From: an uncultured Gammaproteobacteria bacterium
GTDB taxonomy: Bacteria > Patescibacteriota > Microgenomatia > UBA12405
NCBI GenBank assembly: GCA_964544275.1
Contig: CAZIZX010000001.1
Location: forward strand, 49,576-113,575
DNA length: 64,000 nt
Direction: 5' to 3'
Below the pieces are notes generated by a model. That model made no database searches, was not told the DNA's origin, and worked only from the letters and a program-made list of their open reading frames with translations. Position 1 is the first letter of the stretch. Every line of letters begins with the position of its first letter. The translations under genes were made by a program, and so were the position numbers. Below are positions 1 through 9,594 of this stretch, piece after piece.

Positions 1-2297
1 AGGACAATGAGCTCCTACTTTCATATCAGGAAAAATACCAATATATCCTTGTCGATGAATACCAGGATACCAATTCAGCTCAAAATCAAATCCTGGAACT
101 TCTAGGTTCCTATTTTAAAGATCCCAACATATTTGTTGTTGGTGATGACGACCAGGCAATTTTCCGTTTTCAGGGCGCTTCTGTCGAAAATATTTATGAT
201 TTTTATCTGAAATATAAAAAAAATGTCAAAAAAATCGCTCTAAAAAATAACTACCGCAGTCACCAGCTGATCCTCGACACCTCCAGTTCGGTTATCCACC
301 ACAACAAAAATCGAATTACCAATTATATTGAAGACCTGGATAAGTCTCTAATCTCTATTTCTACTTACGATCCGGATCCGATCAACTTCTACCCCGCCAG
401 TTCAATTCTTGATGAAAATTACTTTGTTGCCGCCAGAATTGACCAGCTAATCAACGCCGGCACCAGACCTGGGCAAATCGCCGTTTTATTTCGCAATAAT
501 AACGACGCTGTTGATCTAACCGAGACCCTCGATAACAACCGCATCAAATACCACCTTGAGACTGGTAGCGATGCCCTGGCTCACCCCCGCATCAAACAGT
601 TAATTAAATTGCTCCATTTTATCAATAATCCTACCGACAATCAGGCTCTTTACCACGTTTTATCTTATGACTTTATTGGCATTAACCCTTTCGACCTTTA
701 TCATCTTCTTCAATGTTCTCATCGTCTTCACCTCCCTCTTTCTGAAATTATTTCCAACCCCGATATTCTCAATTCAATTAAGCCAGAACTCAAAAAAAAG
801 ACTCTTATTAAATTAAAAAATTTTTCCATTCGTACCGCCAAAGCTATTCGTTGGTTAAATTTTTACAACCTCGATCGTTTTTTTAACCGGGTTATCCGTA
901 AATTTGGCTACCTCAAACACATTGTCAGCTTAAACAATCTCGAACTGATCAATTACTTGAACGCTTTTTACGGCGAAATCAAGCGCTTTTCCGGAAAAGA
1001 CGGCTATACTTTATCTCAATTCCTAGATCGTCTTCTTCTTTTTTCCGACAACAAAATTCCTCTTCAAGCTCAGGAATTAGTCGCCGACACCGATCAGACA
1101 GTCCGTCTGATGACCGTCCACAAAGCCAAAGGACTGGAGTTCGAGCACGTATTTTTGATCAAATGTGTCGACAGAAAATGGGGTAATAATTATCAAGTCA
1201 GCCCTCTTCGTCTCCCTCCCGGGATTCTTCGCACCGAAATATCCCGTTTAGCTCATGACGAGAATGAGGACGAACGGCGTTTATTTTATGTCGCCCTCAC
1301 CCGTGCCAAAAAGCAAATTTACATCTCCTACAGCCGCAAAACAGATACTAACCGTGATCAGCTGCCATCAATTTTTATTGCTGAAATTAATCCCCAGCTG
1401 ATGGAAACAATAAAGCCCACTCCTCAAACTCAAAACCAGGCAATATTTACCAACTTCCCCCAAAAAATCCCTGACCCCATTGGTAACGATAAACTGGCGG
1501 ATTACCTTCGACAATCCCTAACCAAAAACTATAAACTTAGCCCTACCCACCTCAATTCCTACCTCGACTGTCCTTTGTGTTTTTATTACAAAACTATTTT
1601 ACGGATTCCCGCTGTCAAGGACAAATATGCTTCTCTTGGTACTGCCGTCCACAACAGTCTGTCACATCTTTACAATGTCATGCGCGACCAGGGTAAATTG
1701 ATAACCGAAAAAGAATTAATAAGTATTTTTGCTAAATATTTAATCAAAGAAAACTTAAGCCCCAAAAATCAGGAAGAAGCCCTTAATTATGGTCGTCAGT
1801 CACTTTCTGAATACTATCAGCATTATCACCACTCTTTCGACGGTAATTGTATTATGGACTATGACTTTGCCCCCCGCAACGTTTTCTGTGACCAGGTGCC
1901 CATAAGCGGCAAGATTGACAAAATTGAGATCCACCAGGACCAAACTAACGATAAACCAAACGTTTCACTGGTTGATTATAAGACTGGTAATCCCGATACC
2001 AAGTCAAAGGACATGCAGCCGGGTGGTTCCTACTTTAATCAAATTGTCTTTTACAAGATACTGGCTGATTCAGATCCTGATTTTCCCTATCACGTTACTT
2101 CCGCCGCCATTGATTTTATCCAAAAAAGCAAGTCCAGAAAAACTTTTATCAAAAGGGATTTTCAGTTTAAACCAGACCATATTGCCCAGGTAAAATCACT
2201 CATCAAAGATGTTTACCAAAAAATCATCAATCTCGAATTTACTCAAGTCGGCGACAAATGCAAAAATGATCAAAACCTTCATGGCTTGCTAGAATAA
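1..2297 (+). CDS. UvrD/PcrA/AddA-type superfamily-1 helicase with C-terminal RecB-family PD-(D/E)xK nuclease domain (5' partial; reading frame is open from window position 3)
   Basis: Frame-0 translation from position 3 gives helicase motifs ILVDEYQDTNSAQ (motif II), VVGDDDQAIFRFQGA (III), NYRSHQ (IV), then VHKAKGLEFEHVFLI and YVALTRAKKQIYISY (V/VI). The C-terminus has GKIDKIE ... VDYKTG, a RecB/AddA-like nuclease signature. The ORF track only reports from the internal TTG at 609. Confidence 0.8.
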   Translation, partial: DNELLLSYQEKYQYILVDEYQDTNSAQNQILELLGSYFKDPNIFVVGDDDQAIFRFQGASVENIYDFYLKYKKNVKKIALKNNYRSHQLILDTSSSVIHHNKNRITNYIEDLDKSLISISTYDPDPINFYPASSILDENYFVAARIDQLINAGTRPGQIAVLFRNNNDAVDLTETLDNNRIKYHLETGSDALAHPRIKQLIKLLHFINNPTDNQALYHVLSYDFIGINPFDLYHLLQCSHRLHLPLSEIISNPDILNSIKPELKKKTLIKLKNFSIRTAKAIRWLNFYNLDRFFNRVIRKFGYLKHIVSLNNLELINYLNAFYGEIKRFSGKDGYTLSQFLDRLLLFSDNKIPLQAQELVADTDQTVRLMTVHKAKGLEFEHVFLIKCVDRKWGNNYQVSPLRLPPGILRTEISRLAHDENEDERRLFYVALTRAKKQIYISYSRKTDTNRDQLPSIFIAEINPQLMETIKPTPQTQNQAIFTNFPQKIPDPIGNDKLADYLRQSLTKNYKLSPTHLNSYLDCPLCFYYKTILRIPAVKDKYASLGTAVHNSLSHLYNVMRDQGKLITEKELISIFAKYLIKENLSPKNQEEALNYGRQSLSEYYQHYHHSFDGNCIMDYDFAPRNVFCDQVPISGKIDKIEIHQDQTNDKPNVSLVDYKTGNPDTKSKDMQPGGSYFNQIVFYKILADSDPDFPYHVTSAAIDFIQKSKSRKTFIKRDFQFKPDHIAQVKSLIKDVYQKIINLEFTQVGDKCKNDQNLHGLLE

Positions 2298-2732
2298 GTG
2301 ATGCAAATCAAAATAAAACGCTTTGACAAAACATTACCTCTTCCGGTTCACGCTACTCCTGGTGCCGTCGCCGTTGACCTTTATTCCCGCCTGGATGTTG
2401 ATATCAAACCAAAAGAAATAGCCTACATTCCTATGAATATTGCCGTAAAAATTCCTGATAATTATTTTATTTTATTAGCCCCCCGCAGTTCTACTCACAA
2501 GCTCGGTATCCAGGGCATCAATAGTGTGGGTATTATGGACCGGGATTATTGTGGTGATAGCGATGAGTATCACTTCGCGGTTCGCAACTTTACTGATTCT
2601 TCGGTTCATATTAAAAAAGGCAGTCGTCTTTGCCAGTTAGTTCTTATCAAATGTGAAACCTTTGATTTTGAAGAAGTCGATCAAATGGAATCTCCCGACC
2701 GCGGCGGTTTTGGTTCAACCGGTCAAAACTAA
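2298..2732 (+). CDS. dut: dUTP diphosphatase
   Basis: 144 aa with the conserved C-terminal motif PDRGGFGSTG and dUTPase core motifs. The start follows the helicase stop with no gap. Confidence 0.9.
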   Translation: MMQIKIKRFDKTLPLPVHATPGAVAVDLYSRLDVDIKPKEIAYIPMNIAVKIPDNYFILLAPRSSTHKLGIQGINSVGIMDRDYCGDSDEYHFAVRNFTDSSVHIKKGSRLCQLVLIKCETFDFEEVDQMESPDRGGFGSTGQN

Positions 2733-2733
2733 T

Positions 2734-3888
2734 ATGGCGCTCAGACCTTACCTCGATCAAATCATCAAAAATTTTGAAACCCGATTTAAAACTTTTAACC
2801 ACATTGAAATTTCCCGCACTAATCTGCTTCATAATTATGATTATTTTCAAAAATTAAACCCCAACACCCAAATTTGGCCCGTCCTCAAATCTAATGCCTA
2901 TGGTCACGGCTTAAAACAGGTTGCTTCAGTTCTGAAAGAACGTCAATTTGATTATTTTATTGTTGACAGTTTTCACGAAGCCTTAAAAATTTGGGAAACG
3001 ACTCATCGAAAAGTCCTTTTAATCGCCCCCGTCCATCCCGACAATTATTCCCAACTGAAATTTAAAAATCTTACTCTGACCATCCAGGACACTTTTTCCC
3101 TAAAAAGAATCGCCCAAATCAAAAAACCGGTCCGGATCCATCTGAAGATTAACACTGGGATGTCTCGGCAGGGGATCGACACCGATGAAATTCCCAAGAT
3201 TCTTAAAATTCTCCACCAGAATAAGCAAATTAACCTCGAAGGTCTTTGCTCTCATTTGGCCGACGCTGACAATACTGACAACTCTTTTTCCCTCAAGCAA
3301 CAGGATAAGTTTCTCTCAGCCATCAACACTATTAAACAAAATGGATTTAATCCCAAGTTCATCCATCTCTCTGCTACTGCCTCTGCCGCCAAAATCAACC
3401 ATCCTCATTTAAACGCTATTAGGCTTGGAATCGGCCTTTACGGTTTCAATCCCCTCAAGCCGTCCGATAAATATTTTGACAAACTTCGACAACTCAAACC
3501 GGCACTCTCTTTTAAATCATCCATAGAAAAAATTAGAGCTATCAGCAAAAACGATTGTATCAGTTATAATTGTACCTATATATCCGACAAAAAAAGAAAC
3601 GTCGCCATTATTCCCGTCGGCTATTTTGAAGGTCTCGACCGTCGGCTGAGCAACCGAGGTTTTGTCAAATACCAAAATAAATTTTACCCTATAATTGGCC
3701 AGATTTGTATGAACATGTCCATTATTGATTTTGGTCGTGTTGCTCCCAAACTTTTTGATGAAGTCGAAGTCGTCAGTCCGCTAGCTCAGGACAAAAACTC
3801 AATTCAATCTCACAGCCGCCTTTGCCAAACCATTCCCTATGAATTACTCGTTCACCTAAACGAATCAGTCAGAAGAATTGTGGTTTGA
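2734..3888 (+). CDS. alr: alanine racemase
   Basis: PLP-lysine motif VLKSNAYGHGL near the N-terminus. Length and layout match Alr. I chose the ATG at 2734 (MALRPYLDQ) over the longer overlapping ORF start at 2653. Confidence 0.85.
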   Translation: MALRPYLDQIIKNFETRFKTFNHIEISRTNLLHNYDYFQKLNPNTQIWPVLKSNAYGHGLKQVASVLKERQFDYFIVDSFHEALKIWETTHRKVLLIAPVHPDNYSQLKFKNLTLTIQDTFSLKRIAQIKKPVRIHLKINTGMSRQGIDTDEIPKILKILHQNKQINLEGLCSHLADADNTDNSFSLKQQDKFLSAINTIKQNGFNPKFIHLSATASAAKINHPHLNAIRLGIGLYGFNPLKPSDKYFDKLRQLKPALSFKSSIEKIRAISKNDCISYNCTYISDKKRNVAIIPVGYFEGLDRRLSNRGFVKYQNKFYPIIGQICMNMSIIDFGRVAPKLFDEVEVVSPLAQDKNSIQSHSRLCQTIPYELLVHLNESVRRIVV

Positions 3889-3988
3889 TTTTCTCATATA
3901 TACCTAAATTATACCATAAAAAATATTATAAGACAATATTATTTATCGAAATCAAGAAAGGCAGTTGCCTATATAGTAAAATTAAACA

Positions 3989-5128
3989 ATGATTCTTCTT
4001 TATATTCTCTTGGGACTTTTAGCTGGAATCGGTATTGCTATTACCGTTTTCCAGATTATCTCCAAAAAAAATCAACCGAATTCAGACAAAATGTCTGAGG
4101 ATTTTTTCAATAAATTTAACGAAAAATTCCCCGAAATTATAAAAAACGCCAACTCCACTTTGGTTACTCTGGCCGCCCAAAAACTGGACTCCCAAAAACA
4201 GGAAATTGAAGTTGATCTGGCCAACAAAAAAGAAAATATTGAAAAAATGGTCAAGCAGGTTCTGGATGAACTGAAAAATAATTCAACCAAAATGGAAGAA
4301 GTCGAAAAAAATCGGGTCGGCAGCTTTGAAAGTCTAAAGAAATCATTGGAAAATTCCGAAAAAATTACTCGTCAGCTATCGGCTACCACCGAAAGTTTGA
4401 GTAAGGTTCTGTCAAACAACCAGCTTCGCGGTGCTTTCGGAGAAAAAGTCGCCGAGGATTTGCTCAAGATGAGCGGTTTCGTTCGTGGAGTCAACTATGA
4501 ATTCAACAAGGAGCAGGTCACCACCGAAACCCGCCCCGATTTTGCCATTTTTCTACCCGATGGTGCCCGTATTAATGTTGACGCCAAATTTCCCTATTCC
4601 AGCCTGACCAAAATGGCCGAAACTCAGGATGAAGAAACTAAAAACCGTTATCTCAAAATGTTTGAGAAGGATGTCAAAGACAAGATCAAACAGGTATGCA
4701 CCCGCGATTATATTGATCCAGAAAACAAAACCGTCGACTTTGTCATTCTTTTTATCCCCAATGAAATGATATTTTCCTTTATTTACGACAAGATGGGCGA
4801 CATTATCGAAGAGGCCATGAAAAATAAAGTCGTTCTTTGCGGCCCATTTAGCTTTACTGCAATCTTGCGCATGGTCCATCAGGCTTATGATAATTTTCGC
4901 TACCAGAATAATGTCCAGCAAATAATCAGTTACATTAAACTTTTCGAAAAAGAATTTGATAACTACAATCAGGAATTTGAAAAAATAGGTGATAGGATAG
5001 ACAGCCTTTCTCGTCAGTATAGTTCAGTCAGCACCACCCGAACTAGACAACTGCTCAAAGTCGTTGACCGGATCAAACTAGAAGACTCAGCCAAAAGTAC
5101 GCCCATTTTGGAAGCAAAAAATGATTAA
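3989..5128 (+). CDS. rmuC: DNA recombination protein RmuC
   Basis: N-terminal TM helix and coiled-coil, plus the conserved RmuC core DFAIFLPDGARINVDAKFP ... VLCGPFSFTAILRMV. Confidence 0.8.
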   Translation: MILLYILLGLLAGIGIAITVFQIISKKNQPNSDKMSEDFFNKFNEKFPEIIKNANSTLVTLAAQKLDSQKQEIEVDLANKKENIEKMVKQVLDELKNNSTKMEEVEKNRVGSFESLKKSLENSEKITRQLSATTESLSKVLSNNQLRGAFGEKVAEDLLKMSGFVRGVNYEFNKEQVTTETRPDFAIFLPDGARINVDAKFPYSSLTKMAETQDEETKNRYLKMFEKDVKDKIKQVCTRDYIDPENKTVDFVILFIPNEMIFSFIYDKMGDIIEEAMKNKVVLCGPFSFTAILRMVHQAYDNFRYQNNVQQIISYIKLFEKEFDNYNQEFEKIGDRIDSLSRQYSSVSTTRTRQLLKVVDRIKLEDSAKSTPILEAKND

Positions 5129-5423
5129 GTACCTGTTGGAAAATCGTTGGCCTACTCTCACTCTTTCTTTTCTGCTGGTGTTTCTTGTCTATATCACCAA
5201 CGTTCCGCCTTCTGGACTTACCTCTTTTATCCTGTTTTTTGTCTTGCTTTTTGCCTTTATTCTTTCTTTTGTCTTTATCTTTTCTTCCAGCTTAAAAAAC
5301 AACCTGATTATCTCCTTTTACGCCCTTACTTTTTCCCTTCTTTTCTTTCTAAAACTAGGTAATTATATTAATGTTTTTCTTTTAAGTTCCTTTTTTGCCG
5401 CTCTTTACTTTCTGACCAAATAA
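5121..5423 (+). CDS. small hydrophobic membrane protein (3 predicted TM helices), hypothetical
   Basis: 100-aa ORF in a T/C-rich stretch, co-directional, between rmuC and hrcA. No recognisable family. It could be an artefact of the pyrimidine-rich sequence. Confidence 0.3.
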   Translation: MIKYLLENRWPTLTLSFLLVFLVYITNVPPSGLTSFILFFVLLFAFILSFVFIFSSSLKNNLIISFYALTFSLLFFLKLGNYINVFLLSSFFAALYFLTK

Positions 5424-5434
5424 ACAATTAGCCC

Positions 5435-5470
5435 TTGACACTTGCTAGCACTCGACTTATTATATTGCTA
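5435..5470 (+). promoter_or_regulatory. sigma70-like promoter of the heat-shock operon, overlapped by a degenerate CIRCE-like inverted repeat (HrcA operator)
   Basis: TTGACA 5435-5440, 17-nt spacer, TATTAT 5458-5463. CTAGCACTC (5444-5452), 9-nt spacer, tatTGCTAA (5462-5470) against the CIRCE consensus TTAGCACTC-N9-GAGTGCTAA: 8/9 and 6/9 matches. The ATG of hrcA is 10 nt after the -10 box. Confidence 0.5.
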
Positions 5471-5473
5471 ATC

Positions 5474-6214
5474 ATGGCAGAACTAACACAGCGACAAATC
5501 AAAATCCTCAAATGTATTACCGAAGAGTTCATTGAAACAGCCAGTCCGGTTGGTTCAGAAACATTGGAAAGAAAGTTTTCTCTTGGCATATCTTCGGCTA
5601 CTATCAGAAATGAAATGTCGGCCCTGACTCAACTTGGATATCTCAAAAAAGGCCATCTTTCTGCCGGCAGGTCACCGACTTCTATGGGTCTAAAATACTA
5701 TGTTAGAAACCTGATGACTCCCAAAACCATGTCAATTAGCGACGAAATTGGTGCCAAAGAAAAAATTTGGGACTATCGAAATGAGTTTGACCGATTGATC
5801 AAAGAAACCACCAAAGAACTGGCCAACAAAACCCGATCAATGGCCATTGCTACCACCGACCAGGGCAACCTCTATAGTTATGGAGCTTCAAATTTATTGG
5901 AAGAACCTGAGTTCTTCAACATAGACGTTACCAAAACGGTGCTTTCTCTCTTAGACAACGTCAACTACTGGTTTGAGATCCTCAACAAAGCCGAGTCCGT
6001 TCAAAACCCTACCGGAGAGGAATTTGTTCATCTTTTAATTGGCGAGGACTTAGGCATGGAACATCTGGAACCTTGTGGTTTTGTCTATCAAACCTATGAA
6101 GCCGGCCCTCACCGCGGCATCCTTGGAATTATTGGTCCGGCCCGCTTCCAGTACACCGTTATCGTTCCCATTGTCGACTACTTTGCTGAATTGGTATCTA
6201 CTGTTACTCGTTAA
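5474..6214 (+). CDS. hrcA: heat-inducible transcription repressor HrcA
   Basis: N-terminal winged-helix segment LTQRQIKILKCITEEFIETASPVGSETL and HrcA-length body, heading an hrcA-grpE-dnaK-dnaJ operon. I chose the ATG at 5474 over the TTG at 5435. Confidence 0.8.
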   Translation: MAELTQRQIKILKCITEEFIETASPVGSETLERKFSLGISSATIRNEMSALTQLGYLKKGHLSAGRSPTSMGLKYYVRNLMTPKTMSISDEIGAKEKIWDYRNEFDRLIKETTKELANKTRSMAIATTDQGNLYSYGASNLLEEPEFFNIDVTKTVLSLLDNVNYWFEILNKAESVQNPTGEEFVHLLIGEDLGMEHLEPCGFVYQTYEAGPHRGILGIIGPARFQYTVIVPIVDYFAELVSTVTR

Positions 6215-6223
6215 TCATAATTT

Positions 6224-6688
6224 ATGGCTGAATCTAAAAAAAAGAAACCACCAAAAATAATTAAGGTCAAAATTAACCAACAGGAACAACAAATCGCTGA
6301 ACTTAAGGACAGACTGGCCAGATCTTTGGCTGATTATTCTAATTTGGAAAAAAGAATGGATAACCAGCGGCAGCTATTTGTAGCCTTGGCCACAGCTGGA
6401 ATTCTAACCAAAATTGTCGAGGTTCTAGACGATTTATATCTGGCTCAAAATCACTTAAACGACCCTGGACTAAAAATGGCTATTGACAAGTTCGTTCGGA
6501 TTCTTGACGCTGAAGGATTACAGGAGGTTAAAGCTCTAAATAATGAGTTTGATCCGAAGACCATGGACTGTGTTGACGTTGCCAAGGGTCCACAGGACTA
6601 TGTCGTTGAAGTTCGGAAAAGAGGCTATTTGATAAACAATCACGTTCTCCGCCCGGCTCAGGTAGTCGTTGGCAAGGAGACAAATTAA
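6224..6688 (+). CDS. grpE: nucleotide exchange factor GrpE
   Basis: Lys-rich N-terminus, a long coiled-coil ([22 protein letters not shown]) and a C-terminal beta domain, positioned between hrcA and dnaK. Confidence 0.85.
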   Translation: MAESKKKKPPKIIKVKINQQEQQIAELKDRLARSLADYSNLEKRMDNQRQLFVALATAGILTKIVEVLDDLYLAQNHLNDPGLKMAIDKFVRILDAEGLQEVKALNNEFDPKTMDCVDVAKGPQDYVVEVRKRGYLINNHVLRPAQVVVGKETN

Positions 6689-6714
6689 TTTATAAATTAA
6701 AAATTATAAAAAAA

Positions 6715-8610
6715 ATGGCTAACAAAATAATCGGAATCGATTTAGGCACTACAAATTCTTGTGTTGCTGTCATGGAAGGCGGCAATCCCAAAATAATATT
6801 AACTTCAGAAGGCAGAAACCTGATCCCTTCGGTTGTTGAACCGGTCAAGGGATTGGTGGGCGATTTGGCCAAAAGACAAATGGTTCTAAATCCGGAAAAC
6901 ACAATTTACAGCATCAAAAGACTCATGGGTCGTCGTATTGATGATCCTGAAGTGGAAAAGACCAAGAAAACTGTTGCCTATAAAGTTGTTTCCGGCAAAG
7001 ACAGCACCGCTTCGGTTGAAGTCGGTGGAAAGACTTATACTCCTCAGGAAATTTCTGCCAAAATTCTCCAAAAAGCCAAAACCGATGCCGAAAAATATCT
7101 GGGTGAAAAAGTAACTGATGCTGTTATTACTGTTCCGGCCTATTTTGACGATTCCCAGAGACAAGCCACCAAGCAGGCTGGAGAAATTGCCGGCTTAAAT
7201 GTTCAGCGTATCGTCAACGAACCAACTGCCGCCGCTTTAGCCTACGGTCTGGACAAGAAAAACAATGGTCTTATTGCCGTTTACGATTTGGGTGGAGGCA
7301 CTTTTGATATTTCCATCCTCGAAATCGGCGAAGGAGTTTTTGAAGTCAAAGCCACCAACGGCGACACCTTTTTGGGTGGTGACGATTTTGACAATCGGGT
7401 TATCGATTGGCTTTTGGATAACTTTCAAAAAGAACAGGGTGTTGATCTGAGAACTGACCCTCAAGCCCTTCAGCGTGTCCGGGAAGCTGCCGAAAAAGCC
7501 AAAATCGAACTATCCAGCACCAACCAGACCGAAATAAACTTACCCTTCATTACCCAAAAAGCCGGTCAGCCTCTTCACTTAACTGTTAGTATGACCCGAA
7601 CCGACCTGGAGAAATTAGTTGACGACTTGATTCAAAGAAGTATCGGTCCGGTTGAGCAGTGTCTCAAGGATGCCAAGGTCTCCAAAAATGACATTACTGA
7701 CATTCTAATGGTTGGCGGTATGACTCGGATGCCCAAAGTCCAACAGGTAGTCAAAGATTTCTTTGGTAAAGAACTTAATTCCACCGTCAATCCTGACGAG
7801 GTCGTTGCCATTGGCGCTGCCGTTCAGGGAGCGGTTCTCACCGGAGAAGTCAAAGATGTAGTCCTGCTTGACGTTACCCCTCTTACTCTCGGTATAGAAA
7901 CTGCCGGTGGTGTTAGAACTCCTCTTATCGAAAGAAATACCACCGTCCCGACCAAAAAATCTCAGGTATTTACCACTTATTCCGACAACCAACCTCAGGT
8001 GGAAATCAGTGTCTTGCAGGGCGAACGCCCCATGGCTGCTGACAATAAATCACTCGGCCGCTTTGTTTTGGATGGAATCCCTCCCGCACCTCGTGGCGTA
8101 CCCCAAATCGAAGTCACCTTCGATATTGACAGCAACGGTATTCTAAATGTTACTGCCAAAGATAAGGGAACCGGTAAGGAGCAAAAAATCACCATCCAAA
8201 ACGCTACCAATCTGTCAGAACAGGAAGTCGAACAGATGAAAGCCGATGCCGAAAAATTCGCTTCGCAGGATGAAGAGAAAAGACAATTTGTCGAGTCGAA
8301 AAACAGGCTTGATTCAACTATCTTTTCAGCCGAGAAAACCATTACGGATCTGGGCGACAAAGTAAAAGCCGAAGACAAGGCTAAGATTGAAGAAAAAGTA
8401 AAGCAGGCCAAAGAGGTTCTAGCCAAAGCCGATGCCAAAAAAGACGAACTTGACAAAGCCAATGAAGAGTTAAGTCAAATTCTTCAAACCGTCGGTGCTG
8501 CCTTTTACCAGTCAGGCGACCAGACTCCCCCCGAGGGCCCTGCACCTGATCAGGACAAAAAGGACAAAAACAATCAGGATGACGCTCAGGAAGGAGAGGT
8601 AGTTAGCTAG
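6715..8610 (+). CDS. dnaK: molecular chaperone DnaK (Hsp70)
   Basis: [25 protein letters not shown] and [11 protein letters not shown]-like motifs. 631 aa with an acidic C-terminus. Confidence 0.95.
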   Translation: MANKIIGIDLGTTNSCVAVMEGGNPKIILTSEGRNLIPSVVEPVKGLVGDLAKRQMVLNPENTIYSIKRLMGRRIDDPEVEKTKKTVAYKVVSGKDSTASVEVGGKTYTPQEISAKILQKAKTDAEKYLGEKVTDAVITVPAYFDDSQRQATKQAGEIAGLNVQRIVNEPTAAALAYGLDKKNNGLIAVYDLGGGTFDISILEIGEGVFEVKATNGDTFLGGDDFDNRVIDWLLDNFQKEQGVDLRTDPQALQRVREAAEKAKIELSSTNQTEINLPFITQKAGQPLHLTVSMTRTDLEKLVDDLIQRSIGPVEQCLKDAKVSKNDITDILMVGGMTRMPKVQQVVKDFFGKELNSTVNPDEVVAIGAAVQGAVLTGEVKDVVLLDVTPLTLGIETAGGVRTPLIERNTTVPTKKSQVFTTYSDNQPQVEISVLQGERPMAADNKSLGRFVLDGIPPAPRGVPQIEVTFDIDSNGILNVTAKDKGTGKEQKITIQNATNLSEQEVEQMKADAEKFASQDEEKRQFVESKNRLDSTIFSAEKTITDLGDKVKAEDKAKIEEKVKQAKEVLAKADAKKDELDKANEELSQILQTVGAAFYQSGDQTPPEGPAPDQDKKDKNNQDDAQEGEVVS

Positions 8611-8618
8611 TTACATCT

Positions 8619-9470
8619 ATGAAACGCGACTACTACGAAATTTTGGGAGTACCCAAAAATTCCAGCCAGGAAGAAATAAAAAAGGCCTATCGCAAGATGG
8701 CCATGCAAAATCATCCTGACCGTAATAAATCGTCTGATGCTGAAGAAAAATTCAAAGAGATTAATGAGGCTTATGAAGTTTTAAGCAACGACGACAAAAA
8801 ACGAGCTTATGATCAGTATGGCCACGCTGCTTTTGATCCCAACTCCGGCCCTTTTGGTGGCAACACCTATACCCGCCAAAATGGTCCTTTTCACTATACT
8901 TACACTTCGGGAGGCAACCCTTTTGGTAATGCTGATTTTGAATTTGGCGGATTTAGCAACCCTTTTGACATTTTCGAACAATTTTTTGGCACCTCGTTTA
9001 ATCGCCAGCGTGAACCCAGCCTTCCTACCTACAAAATTCAATTAAGTTTTCTTGAAGCCGCCAACGGTGTTGAAAAAGAAGTTGTAGTTGAAGGTAAAAA
9101 AAATAAAATAAAAATTCCCGCTGGCGTTAACGACGGCCAGAGGATAAAATTTAAAGACTTTTACCTTTATATCGACGTTTTACCCAGCGATACTTTTCAG
9201 CGCGAAGGCAATGATGTTTTTGTCATCAGAAAAATTAGTTTCACCCAGGCCTCTCTGGGCGCCGATATTGAAGTCCCAACACTATCCGAACCTATCAAAA
9301 TAAAAGTTCGTCCTGGAACTCAGCCAAACACATTGGTCAGACTGAGAGGCAAGGGAATTAAGGATCTGCAGGGCTATGGCTATGGTGACCTTTATGTCCG
9401 CCTCCAGGTTGAAGTTCCCACCAGGTTGTCCAAAAAACAAAAAGAATTGCTCAAACAGCTCGAACTGTAA
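8619..9470 (+). CDS. dnaJ: J-domain co-chaperone (DnaJ/CbpA-like, no zinc-finger domain)
   Basis: J domain DYYEILGV...HPDRN, Gly/Phe-rich region and C-terminal substrate-binding domains. No CxxCxGxG repeats in 283 aa. Confidence 0.85.
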   Translation: MKRDYYEILGVPKNSSQEEIKKAYRKMAMQNHPDRNKSSDAEEKFKEINEAYEVLSNDDKKRAYDQYGHAAFDPNSGPFGGNTYTRQNGPFHYTYTSGGNPFGNADFEFGGFSNPFDIFEQFFGTSFNRQREPSLPTYKIQLSFLEAANGVEKEVVVEGKKNKIKIPAGVNDGQRIKFKDFYLYIDVLPSDTFQREGNDVFVIRKISFTQASLGADIEVPTLSEPIKIKVRPGTQPNTLVRLRGKGIKDLQGYGYGDLYVRLQVEVPTRLSKKQKELLKQLEL

Positions 9471-9479
9471 CTAATTGGT

Positions 9480-9509
9480 TTGTATCTTATTGGCGTCCTT
9501 TGGTATAAT
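9480..9509 (+). promoter_or_regulatory. candidate sigma70 promoter upstream of nusA
   Basis: TTGTAT 9480-9485, 18-nt spacer, extended -10 TGg-TATAAT with TATAAT at 9504-9509. Confidence 0.4.
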
Positions 9510-9537
9510 ATCCCCAGATTAAATTTGTGTAAAACGG

Positions 9538-9563
9538 AATGGGGGCGTGACAGTCCCCATTTT
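9538..9563 (+). promoter_or_regulatory. leader stem-loop followed by TTT between dnaJ and nusA (possible operon terminator or attenuator)
   Basis: AATGGGG-g-cgtgacagt-CCCCATT gives a 7-bp stem, followed by TTTcgg. Confidence 0.3.
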
Positions 9564-9594
9564 CGGTTACACCTTAAATAAAAAAGGAGAAACA

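Noticed and set aside
2653-2733. Longer alr ORF beginning at 2653, overlapping the 3' end of dut
   Set aside because: The extension encodes no alanine-racemase sequence and overlaps the conserved dUTPase C-terminal motif. The ATG at 2734 directly follows the dut stop and gives a canonical Alr N-terminus.
3889-3988. Possible promoter in the AT-rich alr-rmuC spacer (TTGCCT / TATAGT / TAAAAT)
   Set aside because: The hexamers are present but cannot be arranged with acceptable -35/-10 spacing. I could not call it confidently.
7995-8462. 155-aa antisense ORF inside dnaK, and similar antisense or alternate-frame ORFs elsewhere: 6886-7164, 35882-36193 and 36406-36720 in rpoB, 46867-47295 in fusA, 15098-15553 in pnp, 53050-53364 in rplP, 55767-56213 in rplF.
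   Set aside because: All lie wholly within highly conserved genes on the other strand or in another frame, and their products are low-complexity Ser/Leu-rich. They are typical shadow ORFs of coding sequence.
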